Shown in pieces: positions 62,676-64,000 of a DNA stretch of 64,000 bases. The position numbers were made by a program, and so were the translations under genes. This DNA is from Eledone cirrhosa (lineage: Eukaryota): contig OZ024742.1 in the NCBI GenBank assembly GCA_964016885.1, forward strand, positions 188,976,001 through 189,040,000. Direction: 5' to 3'. Each line of letters starts with the position of its first letter. Position 1 is the first letter of the stretch. A model generated the notes under the pieces. That model was not told the origin of the DNA, ran no database searches, and saw only the letters and a list, made by a program, of their open reading frames with translations.

Positions 62676-63162
62676 CACTCGTGTCTCTGTGTGTTTATAT
62701 TAGCAGATGCTTCTCCTTAATTCCATTACTAAATGTCTCGTTTTAATAATGAAAAGTTTGCCACAGATAAGAGAACGGTAAACACTTTAATATTTGATCG
62801 ATCGTACAAAGCTTGTAAGGACAATATATTCTCAAGGGGAATTCAGAAATTCAATTCCATCGCATTTCAATCAATTTAGTCAATTAACTATAAAACATGG
62901 ACCAAATAATGTATAAGTTCAATTCACCTTTATCAAGGAAGAATGCCACTGGTCTTGTTTATTTCTGGTTTATATATGTAACTATTAAGGCATGTGACAT
63001 AGTGGTCAAGGTGCTTGGCATACACCCTGGCTTTCATTTAAATTTTCATAAATATATAGAAATATATATAGATAGATATATATATTGGAAAATGTTATAT
63101 CTATATAGTCCTTGATTAAATCTTAACCATTTAACATCTCAGTGTATGTTATGTATCATTAT

Positions 63163-63215
63163 ATTTTGTCTGATGAGGTCGTACTGTTGTATATCCGAAA
63201 TATGTATAATAAAAT
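63163..63215 (+). ncRNA. Degenerate minimal type-I hammerhead, same family as 14449-14514
   Basis: attttgt-CTGATGA-ggtcgtac tgtt gtatatcc-GAAA-tatgta-TA-ataaaat. Stem II has two mismatches. Confidence 0.55.
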
Positions 63216-63962
63216 GTAATTTATCAAAAGAAAATCTATTTTATTAATACTAATATTTTAATATTAATAACTCCAGAAAATTATTTTACCGTTGAGTGCT
63301 TCCAATCTACTGTAAAACTCATTTTTTGACATAATCATTGAATATTGTTTAACACTTTAATATATATATATATATAGATGAGATTCTACAGGACTAGAAC
63401 TGTTTCATTCTTATATATATATATATTCGTTTTGCAAGGTTTTGATATGAAATAGTGTGTTGAAACAAATGTTGTTTTATATTTGGGGAGGGTCATATTT
63501 TTATAATATTGCCAGAAATAATAATAAAACACACTCACTGTTTGTTTTGGATGAATTTTTGCTTCTGTATCTTTTGAAAAATGGCGTGAACATTACAATA
63601 CAACCGGAGGAAACATAATAGTACCACTGATGATGTTACAGGTGTATGATGAAAGAACTTTAATGGACTATATATATATATATATATTTATATCTGTACG
63701 TTTAACCGTTGTTCAATCAGTGAGAAACATTGATTGCCAGATATATTAACTATGTTAATAAATTTCTACATATCCCGCAACACTGACTTTGACACTTTTA
63801 AATCTATTTACACTCTACACACTAGAGCTGTAACACTGGGATACAATCCAAAAGAAATGGACCTCGTAAGAACAACGTGTTCTTCGAACGGCGTTCCGCC
63901 TGTAACTGTTGTTATATACACACACACACACACATATATATATGTATTATATATATATATAA

Positions 63963-64000
<38 letters not shown>

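Overview
Eukaryotic, very AT- and microsatellite-rich DNA ((TA)n, (CA)n, (GA)n, (AAT)n). The repeat and SINE landscape looks like an octopus-type cephalopod genome (inference). I recognise no host protein-coding gene, and nearly all short ORFs are microsatellite translation artefacts. All real coding capacity is retroelement-derived. There are three divergent, near-intact R4/Dong-clade RT+RLE non-LTR elements (~325-4003 minus; ~25890-29733 plus; ~30630-34349 plus), one full-length Tx1/L1-clade element (18967-24996 minus) with a 5'-truncated sister copy, RTE and Penelope-like relics, more than 20 tRNA-type SINE copies, a non-autonomous Helitron and a hAT MITE. Highlights: (1) a nearly identical 467-bp tandem array with a fold-back arm (43191-45175) in which every full unit carries a complete minimal type-I hammerhead ribozyme, i.e. 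a retrozyme/Penelope-pLTR-like self-cleaving RNA system, plus further hammerheads elsewhere; (2) a ~16.6 kb stack of unrelated retroelements separated by (AAT)n runs; (3) a Tx1 element with an (ATT)n tail whose last ~22 nt align without gaps to the SINE 3' end (candidate LINE-SINE partnership); (4) a twin-priming-type 5'-inverted RTE insertion with a 14-bp TSD; (5) recurrent head-to-head fold-backs and inverted flank copies embedded in (TA)n tracts.
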